From Thermodesulfobacteriota bacterium (GTDB lineage: Bacteria; Desulfobacterota; Binatia; Bin18), in NCBI GenBank assembly GCA_964291405.2, contig OZ219926.1, positions 2,720,001-2,784,000 on the forward strand: a stretch of 64,000 nucleotides of DNA, read 5' to 3'. Positions 40,777 to 50,619 of the stretch are shown here, in pieces. Under the pieces are notes generated by a model, which saw nothing but the letters and a program-made list of their open reading frames with translations, did not search any database and had not been told where the DNA came from. Within the stretch, counting starts at the first letter, position 1. The number at the start of each line of letters is the position of its first letter. The position numbers and the translations under genes were made by a program.

Positions 40777-42192
40777 CTACTCAACGGCCGGTTTGGTCGC
40801 TTGCCAGGGGCACATCTTCTCGAACGCCGCGGAGGCACGTAGCACCCCGGCATCGTCAAACCGCCGTCCCACAATTTGGAGTCCGACTGGCAAGCCTGCT
40901 TTTGTAAATCCACACGGAATGGACGCCGCCGGATTCCCGGTCAGATTGAAGGGAAACGTAAAGGTGAGCCACTCGTACGGGGAGAGCCGGGTGCCGTTTA
41001 CTGATTTGGCATTGTCGAGCCCGACCGCAAACGGCGGGCAGGGCAGGGTCGGGGTAAGCAGCAGGGTGTATTTCTCAAAAAATTTCTGGACCCCGGTATT
41101 CCAGTCCAGGCGCGCGAACCACGCGTCAATATAGTGGTTGGCTTTCCATTTATGCGTTTTCTCAATCAACTTCACCAGATTGGGATCAATATCCGACCGG
41201 CGCGTTTTGAGCGCTGGCCCCAGCCGGGCAGCAATCCCGCCACAAAACAGACCCTCCCAGGCCGGTTGCGGGTTTGGCCATTTGGGTTTGACGCTTTCGA
41301 CCCGACACCCCAGGTCCCTGAACCGCCGGGCCGCCTTGGCGCACAGGGCTTTGACCTCCGGGTCAAGCGCCTTGGTAGAGCCCAGATCATCGCACCATGC
41401 CACCCGCCAGCCTTCCATTGAGCCCTTGAGAGCTTTGACATAGTCGGTCGTGTCCGCCGGTAGAGAGTACTGGTCGTGCCCGTCCGGTCCTGCCGTGACG
41501 TTCAGCATGAGCGCGGCATCGGCCACCGTCCGCGTCATCGGCCCGACATGCGACAAACTCCAGGCTCCGCTCGGCGGATACACCGGAATCCGGCCAAAGG
41601 ACGGCTTGATCCCATATACCCCGCTGAACGACGAAGGGATACGGATTGAGCCGCCCCCATCCGTTCCTATGGCCAGAGGTCCCAGGCCGGCCGCGATCGC
41701 CGCTCCGGCTCCGCCACTTGAGCCGCCCGGTGTCAAGGCGAGATTCCACGGATTCCGGGTTGGCCCGAACAAGAGATTGTGCGTGACTCCCAGCCAGCCA
41801 AACGTTGGCGTATTTGTCTTGCCGAGCTGAATGCCCCCCGCCGCTTTCATGCGTGCCACCATGGGGGCATCTTCAGTCGGGACGTTGTCGGCGAACAGCG
41901 GTGTCCCAAACGTCGTGCGCACCCCTTTGGTTATCACCAGGTCCTTGGTTGAGAACGGAACGCCGTGGAGCGGACCAAGTGAAGCCGAGCGCTGCATCAG
42001 CATTTTCTCGGCTTTACGCGCGTCGCGCAGCGCGGCTTTGTCCGTCAGGGTGACAAAGGCGTTGAGCCGTGGGTTGAGTTGGTCAATGCGATCGAGTATC
42101 GCTCGCGTGACTTCGACCGGGGAGAGCTGTTTGCGCCGAATCGCTTTCGCCAGTTCGGTTGCGGACAGCCAGCAGATATCGTCCTTTGCCAT
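40777..42192 (-). CDS. Amidase signature family enzyme
   Basis: LHGVPFSTKD, GKTNTP, PGGSSGG, GTDGGGSIRIP, GLPVGLQIVG. Confidence 0.93.
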   Translation of the reverse strand: MAKDDICWLSATELAKAIRRKQLSPVEVTRAILDRIDQLNPRLNAFVTLTDKAALRDARKAEKMLMQRSASLGPLHGVPFSTKDLVITKGVRTTFGTPLFADNVPTEDAPMVARMKAAGGIQLGKTNTPTFGWLGVTHNLLFGPTRNPWNLALTPGGSSGGAGAAIAAGLGPLAIGTDGGGSIRIPSSFSGVYGIKPSFGRIPVYPPSGAWSLSHVGPMTRTVADAALMLNVTAGPDGHDQYSLPADTTDYVKALKGSMEGWRVAWCDDLGSTKALDPEVKALCAKAARRFRDLGCRVESVKPKWPNPQPAWEGLFCGGIAARLGPALKTRRSDIDPNLVKLIEKTHKWKANHYIDAWFARLDWNTGVQKFFEKYTLLLTPTLPCPPFAVGLDNAKSVNGTRLSPYEWLTFTFPFNLTGNPAASIPCGFTKAGLPVGLQIVGRRFDDAGVLRASAAFEKMCPWQATKPAVE

Positions 42193-42651
42193 GTTGTTCT
42201 TTCTGCTCACTTTTGTTAGCACTTCACCCTTTTCTAAAAGTGAGGGATTTCAGGGGCTTGGCGAGTTTATTGTGGTTTTTCTTCTTACCTCTCTCAGGCT
42301 TCTGACATATCCTTAATACTACCATTTCATTGTGACACAGGTTTTCTCCGTATTCAAAGGGAAACTCCCTCATAACTCCCCGCTCCCAGGTCCCCCCGCT
42401 GCCCGGAGGCGGCCGCCCCGACGGGCAAGCCACAGCCCGTTCAGAACGCTTGACCGACACGGTGTCTGGCGTTATCTATTGTACTTTTTCTGCGTAACTT
42501 ATTTATATTACACCACTTTTTACTCCTCATATTAGTAGCAAACCCCTCAAGACTAGGGGAACTAGCGGTGCATGACGGTAGCGGACCGTAGACGAGAGGA
42601 AGCCAGTATACCACCAGCAGTCGGTGCCGATACCGAGAGAGGACATACCAC

Positions 42652-43635
42652 GTGCCCCGCAACGACCAAGTCACTCGCCAGTGGTTCTTGATGCAGAAAT
42701 TGGAGCAGTCCCAAGGGGCGACCGTGCAGGAATTGGCCGCCTCCCTGCCCGAAGATTTTTCCTGTCACCCGCGCACCATTCGACGCGACCTCGAAGCCCT
42801 GGAGGCCGCGCATATTCCTCTCGTCACCGAACGCAGCAACGGGCAGACCCGCTGGCGGCTGATGGACGGCTATCGCAAAGTCCTTCCCCTGGCACTCTCG
42901 CCGACCGAACTCATGGCCCTGGTCTTCAGCCGGGATTTACTGCAACCCCTGGAAGGAACGGAACTCAAGGCGTCGCTCGATTCTGCGCTCAACAAGGCCG
43001 CAGCCGCGCTACCAGCAGAGGGCACACGCTATCTTGAGCAACTCCGAAGCCATTTTTCCGTCGGGCTGGGTGCCCACAAGACCTACCGTCAGCATAGACA
43101 GACCATAGACCACCTCCAGCGGGCCATTGCCCAGACGCGCACCGTACAAATGCGCTATTACACGGCCTCGCGCGACCGGACCGGCCGCCGCGAGGTGGAC
43201 CCCTATCACCTGTGGTACGCCGACGGCGGGCTGTATCTGATCGGCCACTGTCACCTGCGCCAGGAGGTGCGCATGTTTGCAGTGGACCGGATTCGTTCCC
43301 TGACCTTGACCAATCGTCCCTGCCAGATGCCGTTCGATTTCGACCTGGACGCTTATGTGAAGGACGCCTTGGTGGTCATGCGCGGAACACCGATTGAGGT
43401 CGAACTGTTGTTCGACAAACCCACCAGCGCCTGGGTGAAAGGCCGGCAGTGGCACCCGAGCCAGCAGACCACGGAACGGAAAGACGGACGCCTGGCCATG
43501 TCGATTCGCGCGGCAGATACGCGCGAGTTGGTTGGCTGGGTGTTGCACTTTGGTAGTGGGGTGCAGGTCATCAGCCCGGAATCCTTCCGAGACAAGGTCC
43601 GCGCAGAAGCCCAAAAAATTTGTGAACAGGAGTGA
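42652..43635 (+). CDS. HTH-WYL-WCX transcriptional regulator (PafB/PafC-like)
   Basis: RTIRRDLEAL HTH; REVDPYHL, LYLIGHC, RMFAVDRI; WVLHFG..VQVISPESFR. Confidence 0.92.
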   Translation: MPRNDQVTRQWFLMQKLEQSQGATVQELAASLPEDFSCHPRTIRRDLEALEAAHIPLVTERSNGQTRWRLMDGYRKVLPLALSPTELMALVFSRDLLQPLEGTELKASLDSALNKAAAALPAEGTRYLEQLRSHFSVGLGAHKTYRQHRQTIDHLQRAIAQTRTVQMRYYTASRDRTGRREVDPYHLWYADGGLYLIGHCHLRQEVRMFAVDRIRSLTLTNRPCQMPFDFDLDAYVKDALVVMRGTPIEVELLFDKPTSAWVKGRQWHPSQQTTERKDGRLAMSIRAADTRELVGWVLHFGSGVQVISPESFRDKVRAEAQKICEQE

Positions 43636-43664
43636 CCCCGGATGTCACACCGGTGTGCTACAGG
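43632..43664 (+). promoter_or_regulatory. Candidate WYL operator/promoter
   Basis: GTGAC-N7-GTCAC overlapping the WYL stop codon; TGTCAC-N10-TACAGG. Confidence 0.5.
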
Positions 43665-43701
43665 CAATGCAAATGAACTGACCCAGCGACGGCCCCTGCT
43701 T

Positions 43702-43738
43702 CCCTCTCCCCTGGAGGGAGAGGGCTAGGGTGAGGGGG
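43702..43738. repeat. REP-type palindrome (CCCTCTCCC-N5-GGGAGAGGG family)
   Basis: CCCTCTCCCCTGGAGGGAGAGGGCTAGGGTGAGGGGG. Confidence 0.7.
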
Positions 43739-43764
43739 AAGAGATGGAGAAAGGAACATATCGC

Positions 43765-43890
43765 ATGCCCTCGATTGATTTAGCGTTTCGCCTGACCGGA
43801 TCAGCCCTTCCGGTTGACCACGGCTATGCCTTGTATGCCGCGCTGAGCCGGATTCTGCTCTCAACCTTCAACAAAATATCTGCCTCTTAA
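43765..43890 (+). pseudogene. Truncated cas6 of MYXAN/Cmx6 type (N-terminal ~31 aa only)
   Basis: MPSIDLAFRLTGSALPVDHGYALYAALSRIL then unrelated tail and TAA; AGGA upstream; too short for the ORF track. Confidence 0.8.
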
Positions 43891-43908
43891 TATAGAAGAA
43901 CCGTTTTT

Positions 43909-44889
43909 ATGGATGATTTCTCTCCGTCTGATCTCAAGACCATTCTCCACTCAAAACGCGCCAATATGTACTACCTTCAACACTGTCGGGTATTGGTCAA
44001 TGGTGGGCGAGTGGAATATGTGACCGATCAGGGTAAACAGTCTCTCTACTGGAATATCCCTATCGCTAATACAACCTCTTTGCTTTTGGGCACGGGCACC
44101 TCAATAACACAAGCAGCAATGCGCGAATTAGCCAAGGCTGGTGTCTTGGTCGGGTTTTGCGGCGGCGGCGGCTCGCCTCTATTTGCGGCAAATGAAGTTG
44201 AAGTGGATGTGTCTTGGCTGAGTCCACAGAGCGAATATCGGCCTACGGAGTATTTACAGCACTGGGTCAGTTTCTGGTTTGACGAAGACAGCCGCGTTGC
44301 CGCTGCAAAAGCGTTCCAACACGTGCGTTTTGAACAGATTAGAAAACATTGGCTGGATTCGACAATGCAACGGGAAAGCGCGTTTGATCTCAGCGCCGCT
44401 GCTCTCACCACTATTCTTGATACGACACAAGAATCATTGGAATTGTGTCAAACAACCAATGCCATTCTTTCGCTAGAAGCCCAGATTACCAAGCATCTAT
44501 ACAGACTTGCAGTCAACGCTGTTGGCTATGGAGAGTTTGTCCGTGCGAAACGGGGCTCAGGCTCCGACTTGGCGAACCGATATCTTGACCACGGGAATTA
44601 TCTCGCTTACGGACTGGCGGCCACTGCGGCCTGGGTGCTTGGCCTGCCTCATGGTCTCGCGGTACTGCACGGAAAGACCAGGCGGGGAGGGCTGGTCTTT
44701 GATATCGCCGACCTAGTGAAAGACGCTCTGATCCTCCCGCAAGCCTTCATTTCGGCAATGGCCGGTCAGGATGAACAAGAATTTCGTCAAGCCTGCCTCC
44801 ACCGATTCAATCAAGCCGAAGCCCTGGACACCATGATAGACACCATCAAGTCTGTTGCGATTGAGTTCAGCAAAGTCCCACGACCATGA
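43909..44889 (+). CDS. cas1: Type I-F Cas1
   Basis: ILHSKRANMYYL, YWNIPIANT, YLDHGNYLAYG, HGKTRRGGLVFD. Confidence 0.97.
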   Translation: MDDFSPSDLKTILHSKRANMYYLQHCRVLVNGGRVEYVTDQGKQSLYWNIPIANTTSLLLGTGTSITQAAMRELAKAGVLVGFCGGGGSPLFAANEVEVDVSWLSPQSEYRPTEYLQHWVSFWFDEDSRVAAAKAFQHVRFEQIRKHWLDSTMQRESAFDLSAAALTTILDTTQESLELCQTTNAILSLEAQITKHLYRLAVNAVGYGEFVRAKRGSGSDLANRYLDHGNYLAYGLAATAAWVLGLPHGLAVLHGKTRRGGLVFDIADLVKDALILPQAFISAMAGQDEQEFRQACLHRFNQAEALDTMIDTIKSVAIEFSKVPRP

Positions 44890-47800
44890 ATATCTTGCTT
44901 ATCTCTCAGTGCAATAAAAGAGCCCTGGTTGAAACTAGGCGCGTTCTGGATCAATTTGCAGAACGCAAAGGTGAGCGTACCTGGCAAACAGCAATCACAC
45001 TTCAAGGTTTGCAGACACTCCGCAAGATGCTGAAAAAATCAGCGCGGAGAAATACCGCCGTGGCCTGTCACAGAATCGGCGGCAAGAATTACAGCGAATT
45101 GCTGTGGGTGGTCGGCAACGCCAACAAGTTCAATATCGAAGGCACGATCCCGACCAATTTCACCCGGCGCGACGTGTTGAAGGCCGACGACGAGAACCAA
45201 TGGTACACGGCAACGATTATTGCCCTTCTCTCGGCACTAGCAGCCTTGTTTCACGACTTTGGGAAAGCCAATGTCCTGTTCCAGGACAAGCTGAAAAAAG
45301 GAAAGCGTGCCACGGAGCCATATCGCCACGAATGGGTCAGTCTCCGCATGTTTGAGGCGTTTGTTCGCGGCGAGCCAGACGAACAATGGCTGCAACGGTT
45401 AGCCAACGTTTCGAGCAGTGATGAACAGAGCCTCTTAGACCGCCTCAAAGCAATACAGGACCACCCCGATACAGTAATAGATTCGCCGTTCAAGTCTCTG
45501 AAACCCCTCGCGCAAGCGGTCGGCTGGCTTATCCTGACGCACCACAAACTTCCACAGACTCCGAAAGAGGAAAAAGGACGACTCAAGCACATTGCCTATT
45601 TCCTCAGCCGCCACCTTCAACCCGATTGGAACTCGTCTCGGGAAAGATGGGTGAAGGGCGAACGGAAAGAGTGGGCCGGCGCAGACGAAGAAGTCGGTCA
45701 GGTTTGGACTTTCCCAGACGGAACACCGTTAAGAAGTAGTACTTGGTGCAAGAAAGCCCGGAACATCGCCCAACGATTGGCGCAACCCGGCATTTTTGAT
45801 TCGTCTGATTCGTCCTGGGACAACGATTTTGTTATGCACGTTGCCCGCATGACCCTCATGCTGGCGGACCACTATTACTCGTCGCAGGACCGCGATCCAA
45901 GGTACGGGGATGATGGTTACAAGGTCTACGCCAACACTGACAAGGACGGCAATCGGAAACAACAGCTTGATGAGCACCTTGTCGGTGTCTACAAGCACAG
46001 CTTACGGATTATGAGAATCCTCCCTGGGCTGAGAAACACCTTACCGGCACTCGGACGACATGCGGCCTTCAAGAAACGGACACGAGACAGCCGGTTTCTC
46101 TGGCAGAATAAAGCCTACGAATTGGCATGTTCTCTGAAGGACAAGGCACAAGAGGGTGGTTTTTTCGGGGTAAACATGGCGTCAACCGGGTGTGGCAAAA
46201 CGTTTGCCAACGCACGCATCATGTATGCCTTGGCTGACGAGAAACGTGGCTGCCGGTTCAGTGTTGCCTTGGGTTTACGAACCCTGACACTACAGACCGG
46301 CGATGCTTTCCGGCAAAGAATGCTGCTAGACGAAGATGATATGGCAGTGATGATTGGCTCTGCCGCGGTCCGCAAGCTCCATGAAGATCAAGTGGCGGAA
46401 AAGGAAAAAGAGGAACAGGAAAAACCGGACAGGTTCACCGGATCGGAATCCGCCGAGGCGTTAGATGACGACTATTACATCATCTATGACGAGGCGCTTG
46501 CAGATACCGCGCTCAAGCGTTGGCTCAAAGCCTCGCCAAAGGCAGACCGTATGGTCGGTGCGCCTATCTTGGTCAGCACGATTGACCATCTTATGCCAGC
46601 AACGGAAGGCACGCGCGGCGGCCGGCAGATTGCTCCCATGCTCCGCCTGCTGACCTCAGACTTGGTGATAGACGAGCCGGACGATTTCAGTCTTGATGAC
46701 CTCAAGGCACTGACCCGTTTGGTCCATTGGGCCGGAATGCTGGGCAGCAAGGTCGTGCTCTCTTCCGCAACGCTTTCTCCTGCTCTCCTGACCGGACTCT
46801 TCCAGGCATATCATATTGGACGGACCGTCTATAACAAAAATTGTGGAAACCCGAACCAGGAAACTATCTACTGCGCGTGGTTTGACGAGAAAAAGGCAGA
46901 GCCCGCAGCCATTGCCAATGTCGAAGAGTTTCGTGCCAATGTGGAGAAGTTTCGTCAACAGCACAGTACTTTTACGAAGGATCGAGCGGCAGAGCTCGCA
47001 ACTGGACATCCGAAACGAAAAGCAGAAATCGTGTCGTTGACCGGCTCTGTACTGACGCCGCAGGACGCTGTGAATGTAATGAGTGAAAAGATTCTCGAAG
47101 GCATACACCGACTGCACAGCGACCACAGCCAAGAAGACCCAAAGACCAAGAAAAGAATCAGTGTTGGTCTGGTCCGCATGGCGAACATCAACCCGCTTGT
47201 ATCCGTCGCACAGCGTTTGCTGGAAAAGGAGCCCCCGGCTGATACAACTGTCCACTATTGCGTGTACCATAGTCGGTTTCCCTTGATCGTGCGATCCGAA
47301 ATCGAGCGCATTCTTGATACGGTCCTGACTCGAAAGGACGGCAAAGAACTCTGGCAGTCCTCCGTTATCCAAGAAGCAATCGCACGCGCCGCTACCACAA
47401 ATCATATCTTTGTCGTGATAGCCTCTCCCGTAGCCGAGATCGGACGCGATCATGACTATGATTGGGCAGTTGTCGAACCGAGTTCTATGCGGTCTCTCGT
47501 CCAAATAGGCGGACGGGTCTTACGTCACAGGGACCGGCTACCAGAAACGGTGAACATGCTCTTGTTGAGTAAAAACTATAGGGGTTTGACAGGCAAACGG
47601 CCCGCGTTCTGTCGCCCCGGTTTCGAGTCCGACGACAGGCGACTTACCCGCTATGACTTGGCCGACCTTCTCTGCGAGGACCAATACACCGTGATTGATT
47701 CCCGACCCTGCATCGTCCCGAGAGAGAATTTCGACCCAACACAAAACCTGGCGGACATGGAACATCGGGAAACCGATCTTGCCTTCTCCAGCCCTGACCA

Positions 47801-48206
47801 AAGCGACCCATATGCCTCGCAGTGGATCAAATCACGCGCCACGCTGACCGGGGAGCTTCAGAAGCGGACGCCGTTTCGGAAGTCTGCCAAAGAAGACGAC
47901 TATTTCCTGCACCTAGGAGAAGGCGATGAGGAACCCACAGTCAGAAAATGGCACGGAGACGGACCGTACAAAGAAGCCAAAGACTGTGATGAGATTAACC
48001 TGACCGAACTGTCTATAGATTCTGGCAACAGAATATGGGGGCACGTTGCTTACTCGGACGCACTGAACCGGCTGGCACAGAAGGAAGGCAAGGACGTAGA
48101 AGAACTTGGCAAGACCTACGGGACGTTTTCCTTGCGGCCTGCACGGATTGGCTGGCCTTGGCAATATACCCCAAAAATCGGTTTTTATGAGCCGATGAAA
48201 AAATGA
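44886..48206 (+). CDS. cas3: Type I-F Cas2-Cas3 fusion helicase/nuclease
   Basis: N-terminal Cas2 (ETRRVLDQFAER), FHDFGKA HD motif, MASTGCGKT, IDEPDD, GRDHDYDW. Confidence 0.96.
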   Translation: MNILLISQCNKRALVETRRVLDQFAERKGERTWQTAITLQGLQTLRKMLKKSARRNTAVACHRIGGKNYSELLWVVGNANKFNIEGTIPTNFTRRDVLKADDENQWYTATIIALLSALAALFHDFGKANVLFQDKLKKGKRATEPYRHEWVSLRMFEAFVRGEPDEQWLQRLANVSSSDEQSLLDRLKAIQDHPDTVIDSPFKSLKPLAQAVGWLILTHHKLPQTPKEEKGRLKHIAYFLSRHLQPDWNSSRERWVKGERKEWAGADEEVGQVWTFPDGTPLRSSTWCKKARNIAQRLAQPGIFDSSDSSWDNDFVMHVARMTLMLADHYYSSQDRDPRYGDDGYKVYANTDKDGNRKQQLDEHLVGVYKHSLRIMRILPGLRNTLPALGRHAAFKKRTRDSRFLWQNKAYELACSLKDKAQEGGFFGVNMASTGCGKTFANARIMYALADEKRGCRFSVALGLRTLTLQTGDAFRQRMLLDEDDMAVMIGSAAVRKLHEDQVAEKEKEEQEKPDRFTGSESAEALDDDYYIIYDEALADTALKRWLKASPKADRMVGAPILVSTIDHLMPATEGTRGGRQIAPMLRLLTSDLVIDEPDDFSLDDLKALTRLVHWAGMLGSKVVLSSATLSPALLTGLFQAYHIGRTVYNKNCGNPNQETIYCAWFDEKKAEPAAIANVEEFRANVEKFRQQHSTFTKDRAAELATGHPKRKAEIVSLTGSVLTPQDAVNVMSEKILEGIHRLHSDHSQEDPKTKKRISVGLVRMANINPLVSVAQRLLEKEPPADTTVHYCVYHSRFPLIVRSEIERILDTVLTRKDGKELWQSSVIQEAIARAATTNHIFVVIASPVAEIGRDHDYDWAVVEPSSMRSLVQIGGRVLRHRDRLPETVNMLLLSKNYRGLTGKRPAFCRPGFESDDRRLTRYDLADLLCEDQYTVIDSRPCIVPRENFDPTQNLADMEHRETDLAFSSPDQSDPYASQWIKSRATLTGELQKRTPFRKSAKEDDYFLHLGEGDEEPTVRKWHGDGPYKEAKDCDEINLTELSIDSGNRIWGHVAYSDALNRLAQKEGKDVEELGKTYGTFSLRPARIGWPWQYTPKIGFYEPMKK

Positions 48207-48258
48207 CGGTTTGCTTCGTATCGGCCAGTAAGATGGCAGGAACGAAGCTAACGGACCA

Positions 48259-48286
48259 ATTCACTACCGCACGGGTAGCTAAGAAA
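48259..48286 (+). CRISPR. Solitary degenerate I-F repeat between cas2-3 and cas8f
   Basis: ATTCACTACCGCACGGGTAGCTAAGAAA, 23/28 identical to the array repeat with stem pairing preserved. Confidence 0.88.
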
Positions 48287-48324
48287 TATCTATCGATATT
48301 TATACTTTTAGAGGAGATTTCGTG

Positions 48325-49602
48325 ATGCCAAACACACAACAGAACGGGCTTACTGCTCGAATCCTGGAATACGTCCAGCAACGAGAAGCCGAGGAACTGA
48401 AGAACGTCAAGGACGATGCCAAACGACTGAAAATCGCGGCCAAGTACGAACCTCAAACCTGGCTGAGCGAGAAAGCCCGTACAGCAAAAAGCGTCGCTGC
48501 CTCCTCTTGGCAGTCATTCTCCGATGTCACGCATGTGGCGAAGTTTGTCCACGGCGGCGCAGAGGCGAGTAGCGTTTCCACAACGGGAGCGAAAGAAACT
48601 GACGGCTATATTTCCACGCCCAGTGTTGCAATGCTCACCTACGATACCGCCTGCAATGCTGCTGCCCTCCCTATTAAGCCTTTCTTGCTTCTCGAACATG
48701 ACGGTCGGACACTGATTGATGCCTTGCGACAAGGGGACGTGTCTCCGCTCTTGGAGATTGCTCCAGATGAAACAACGGCGCAGGAGTGGGCAAGCGCGTT
48801 TATCTCGGCTTTTGAGGCAAAGGAACCCGACGCACACATGATCAAACAGTGCTATTGGCCGGTCCCCAGCGATGGGTATCATCTCCAGATTCCGCTTTAC
48901 CCTACGTCATTCGCGCAGGCGATTTATGCGTCTATTCAACGCGCAAAATTCTCCGGCGAGGCCAAAGCAACCCGGAAAGCCCGCAGCGATGAACAGGAAT
49001 CCGACCGAGAAGATGTCCGCTATCCAAACCTTGCCATTCAGAGCTTTGGCGGCTCTAACAAACAGAACATCAGCCAACTGAACAGCCCGCGTGGTGGCAA
49101 AGCCTACTTGTTCTCATGCGCGCCACCAACCTGGAAACGACGGAACGCTCCGCCTCTGCACATCTCCTCCGTTTTTCCCTCTTGCTTTGAACGCCAAGTC
49201 CGGTCCCGACATATCAAGCCGCTACAGGAGTTCCTGTACAGCGTTCGAGACAAGGACACTAACGCCAGAATCAGAAAACACCGCGAGGGACGGGTGGATG
49301 CCCTGATAGATGTCATTCTGAGTCAGGCGGCTGACATTCAACAGATGCAACCGGGATGGAGCGCTGACCCTGACTGCCGGTTGCCGCTTGCGGAGCAGTA
49401 TTGGTTAGACCCTGAAAGAGCGGAGACGGATGAGGGTTTTCGGTCCGAACGAGACGCGGCTGACTGGCAAACCGAGGTCGCCAACACCTTTGCTATCTGG
49501 CTCAGTCGCAAACTGGAGCGTAACGGGCTTGCTTTCGGTGCCGATGAACAACATGCACTACGCAGCGATTGGCGTAATCGCATGAGGGAGGGGATTGTAT
49601 GA
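48325..49602 (+). CDS. csy1: Type I-F Cas8f (Csy1)
   Basis: THVAKFVH, NAAAL, KQCYWP, FGGSNKQNISQLNSPRGG, PPTW; alternative GTG at 48322. Confidence 0.92.
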   Translation: MPNTQQNGLTARILEYVQQREAEELKNVKDDAKRLKIAAKYEPQTWLSEKARTAKSVAASSWQSFSDVTHVAKFVHGGAEASSVSTTGAKETDGYISTPSVAMLTYDTACNAAALPIKPFLLLEHDGRTLIDALRQGDVSPLLEIAPDETTAQEWASAFISAFEAKEPDAHMIKQCYWPVPSDGYHLQIPLYPTSFAQAIYASIQRAKFSGEAKATRKARSDEQESDREDVRYPNLAIQSFGGSNKQNISQLNSPRGGKAYLFSCAPPTWKRRNAPPLHISSVFPSCFERQVRSRHIKPLQEFLYSVRDKDTNARIRKHREGRVDALIDVILSQAADIQQMQPGWSADPDCRLPLAEQYWLDPERAETDEGFRSERDAADWQTEVANTFAIWLSRKLERNGLAFGADEQHALRSDWRNRMREGIV

Positions 49603-50531
49603 TGGACCATGATTTTGTTGTTGTTTTGAGGCATCTGGAAGTCCACGGGGCCAACGCCATTACTGGCGCGACCTATGGGTTTCCCGCAATAACGCATTTC
49701 CTGGGCCACGCGCACGCCTTGCAACGCAAGCTGTCGGAAGAGTTTGCTCTGACCTTTGACGGCTGCGGGGTTGTTTGTCACCGGCATCATGTCCACGCGC
49801 ACAGACCTCCTGGCGGCCTTGGCTTCACCGATTTCGGTTTCGCTCTGAGCCGCAATCCTCTTGATAAAAAGGGCCAGTCACCGTCGTTTGTCGAAGAGGG
49901 CAAGATGAATATGGAGGTGACGCTGCTCATAGCCGTAACGGAAGGAAACCAACCAATCGGTCCGGTAGAGCAGGAGAAACTAAAAAAAGATTTGTTGAAC
50001 CAGTCAACCCGACAACGCTTGGCCGGTGGAGTTATTACCAACACGCCGGAAATTGAAATCATCCAGAGCGAGGCTTTTGAAGAGGGCCGGAAGAAAATCC
50101 TACGAGACCTCCTGCCGGGATTTGCGTTAGTGAGTCGGCACGATTTGCTGCTGGCCGAGCAGGACCGACAACGCAAGGCTGGCGTTCAAGACCCGGAACT
50201 CGCCGCCTGGATGTCGTTTTCGACGATACGGTACGCCGCCGATACAAACCAAACACAGAACGGCAAAACTCCGTGGCTGTTGGTGGAAAAACCGGCGACC
50301 GGGTGGATCACGCCTCTTGCCGTAGGCTATCGGCGCATCTCCCCACTGTACGGCCCTGGAAAGGTCAAGAATGTCCGCGACCCGACTGTACCGGCCTGTT
50401 TTGTGGAAAACCTGTATTCCCTCGGGCAGTGGATCAGTCCGCACAGAATCACAGACACGGACCATTTGTTCTGGCAGCAGGAATACGACGGTACAGGGCG
50501 GTATCTCTGCCGCAATTCGTATGAACCATAA
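49599..50531 (+). CDS. csy2: Type I-F Cas5f (Csy2)
   Basis: [40 protein letters not shown]. Confidence 0.93.
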   Translation: MMDHDFVVVLRHLEVHGANAITGATYGFPAITHFLGHAHALQRKLSEEFALTFDGCGVVCHRHHVHAHRPPGGLGFTDFGFALSRNPLDKKGQSPSFVEEGKMNMEVTLLIAVTEGNQPIGPVEQEKLKKDLLNQSTRQRLAGGVITNTPEIEIIQSEAFEEGRKKILRDLLPGFALVSRHDLLLAEQDRQRKAGVQDPELAAWMSFSTIRYAADTNQTQNGKTPWLLVEKPATGWITPLAVGYRRISPLYGPGKVKNVRDPTVPACFVENLYSLGQWISPHRITDTDHLFWQQEYDGTGRYLCRNSYEP

Positions 50532-50619
50532 AGAGGGAGATGGTGATGTAGACATAGAAGGTTCGTGCGGAAAGAGGGCCGATTTCACAAACCGAAAGTA
50601 CAAAGAAAGGACCATCACT

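Noticed and set aside
42473-42490. TATCTATTG upstream of the WYL gene resembles the sequence following the solitary repeat (TATCTATCG)
   Set aside because: Only 7 contiguous matches in AT-rich DNA and no CC PAM; likely chance.
48207-48324. CreT-like toxin or small ORF beside the solitary repeat
   Set aside because: The 118-bp gap has no convincing SD-plus-start mini-ORF.
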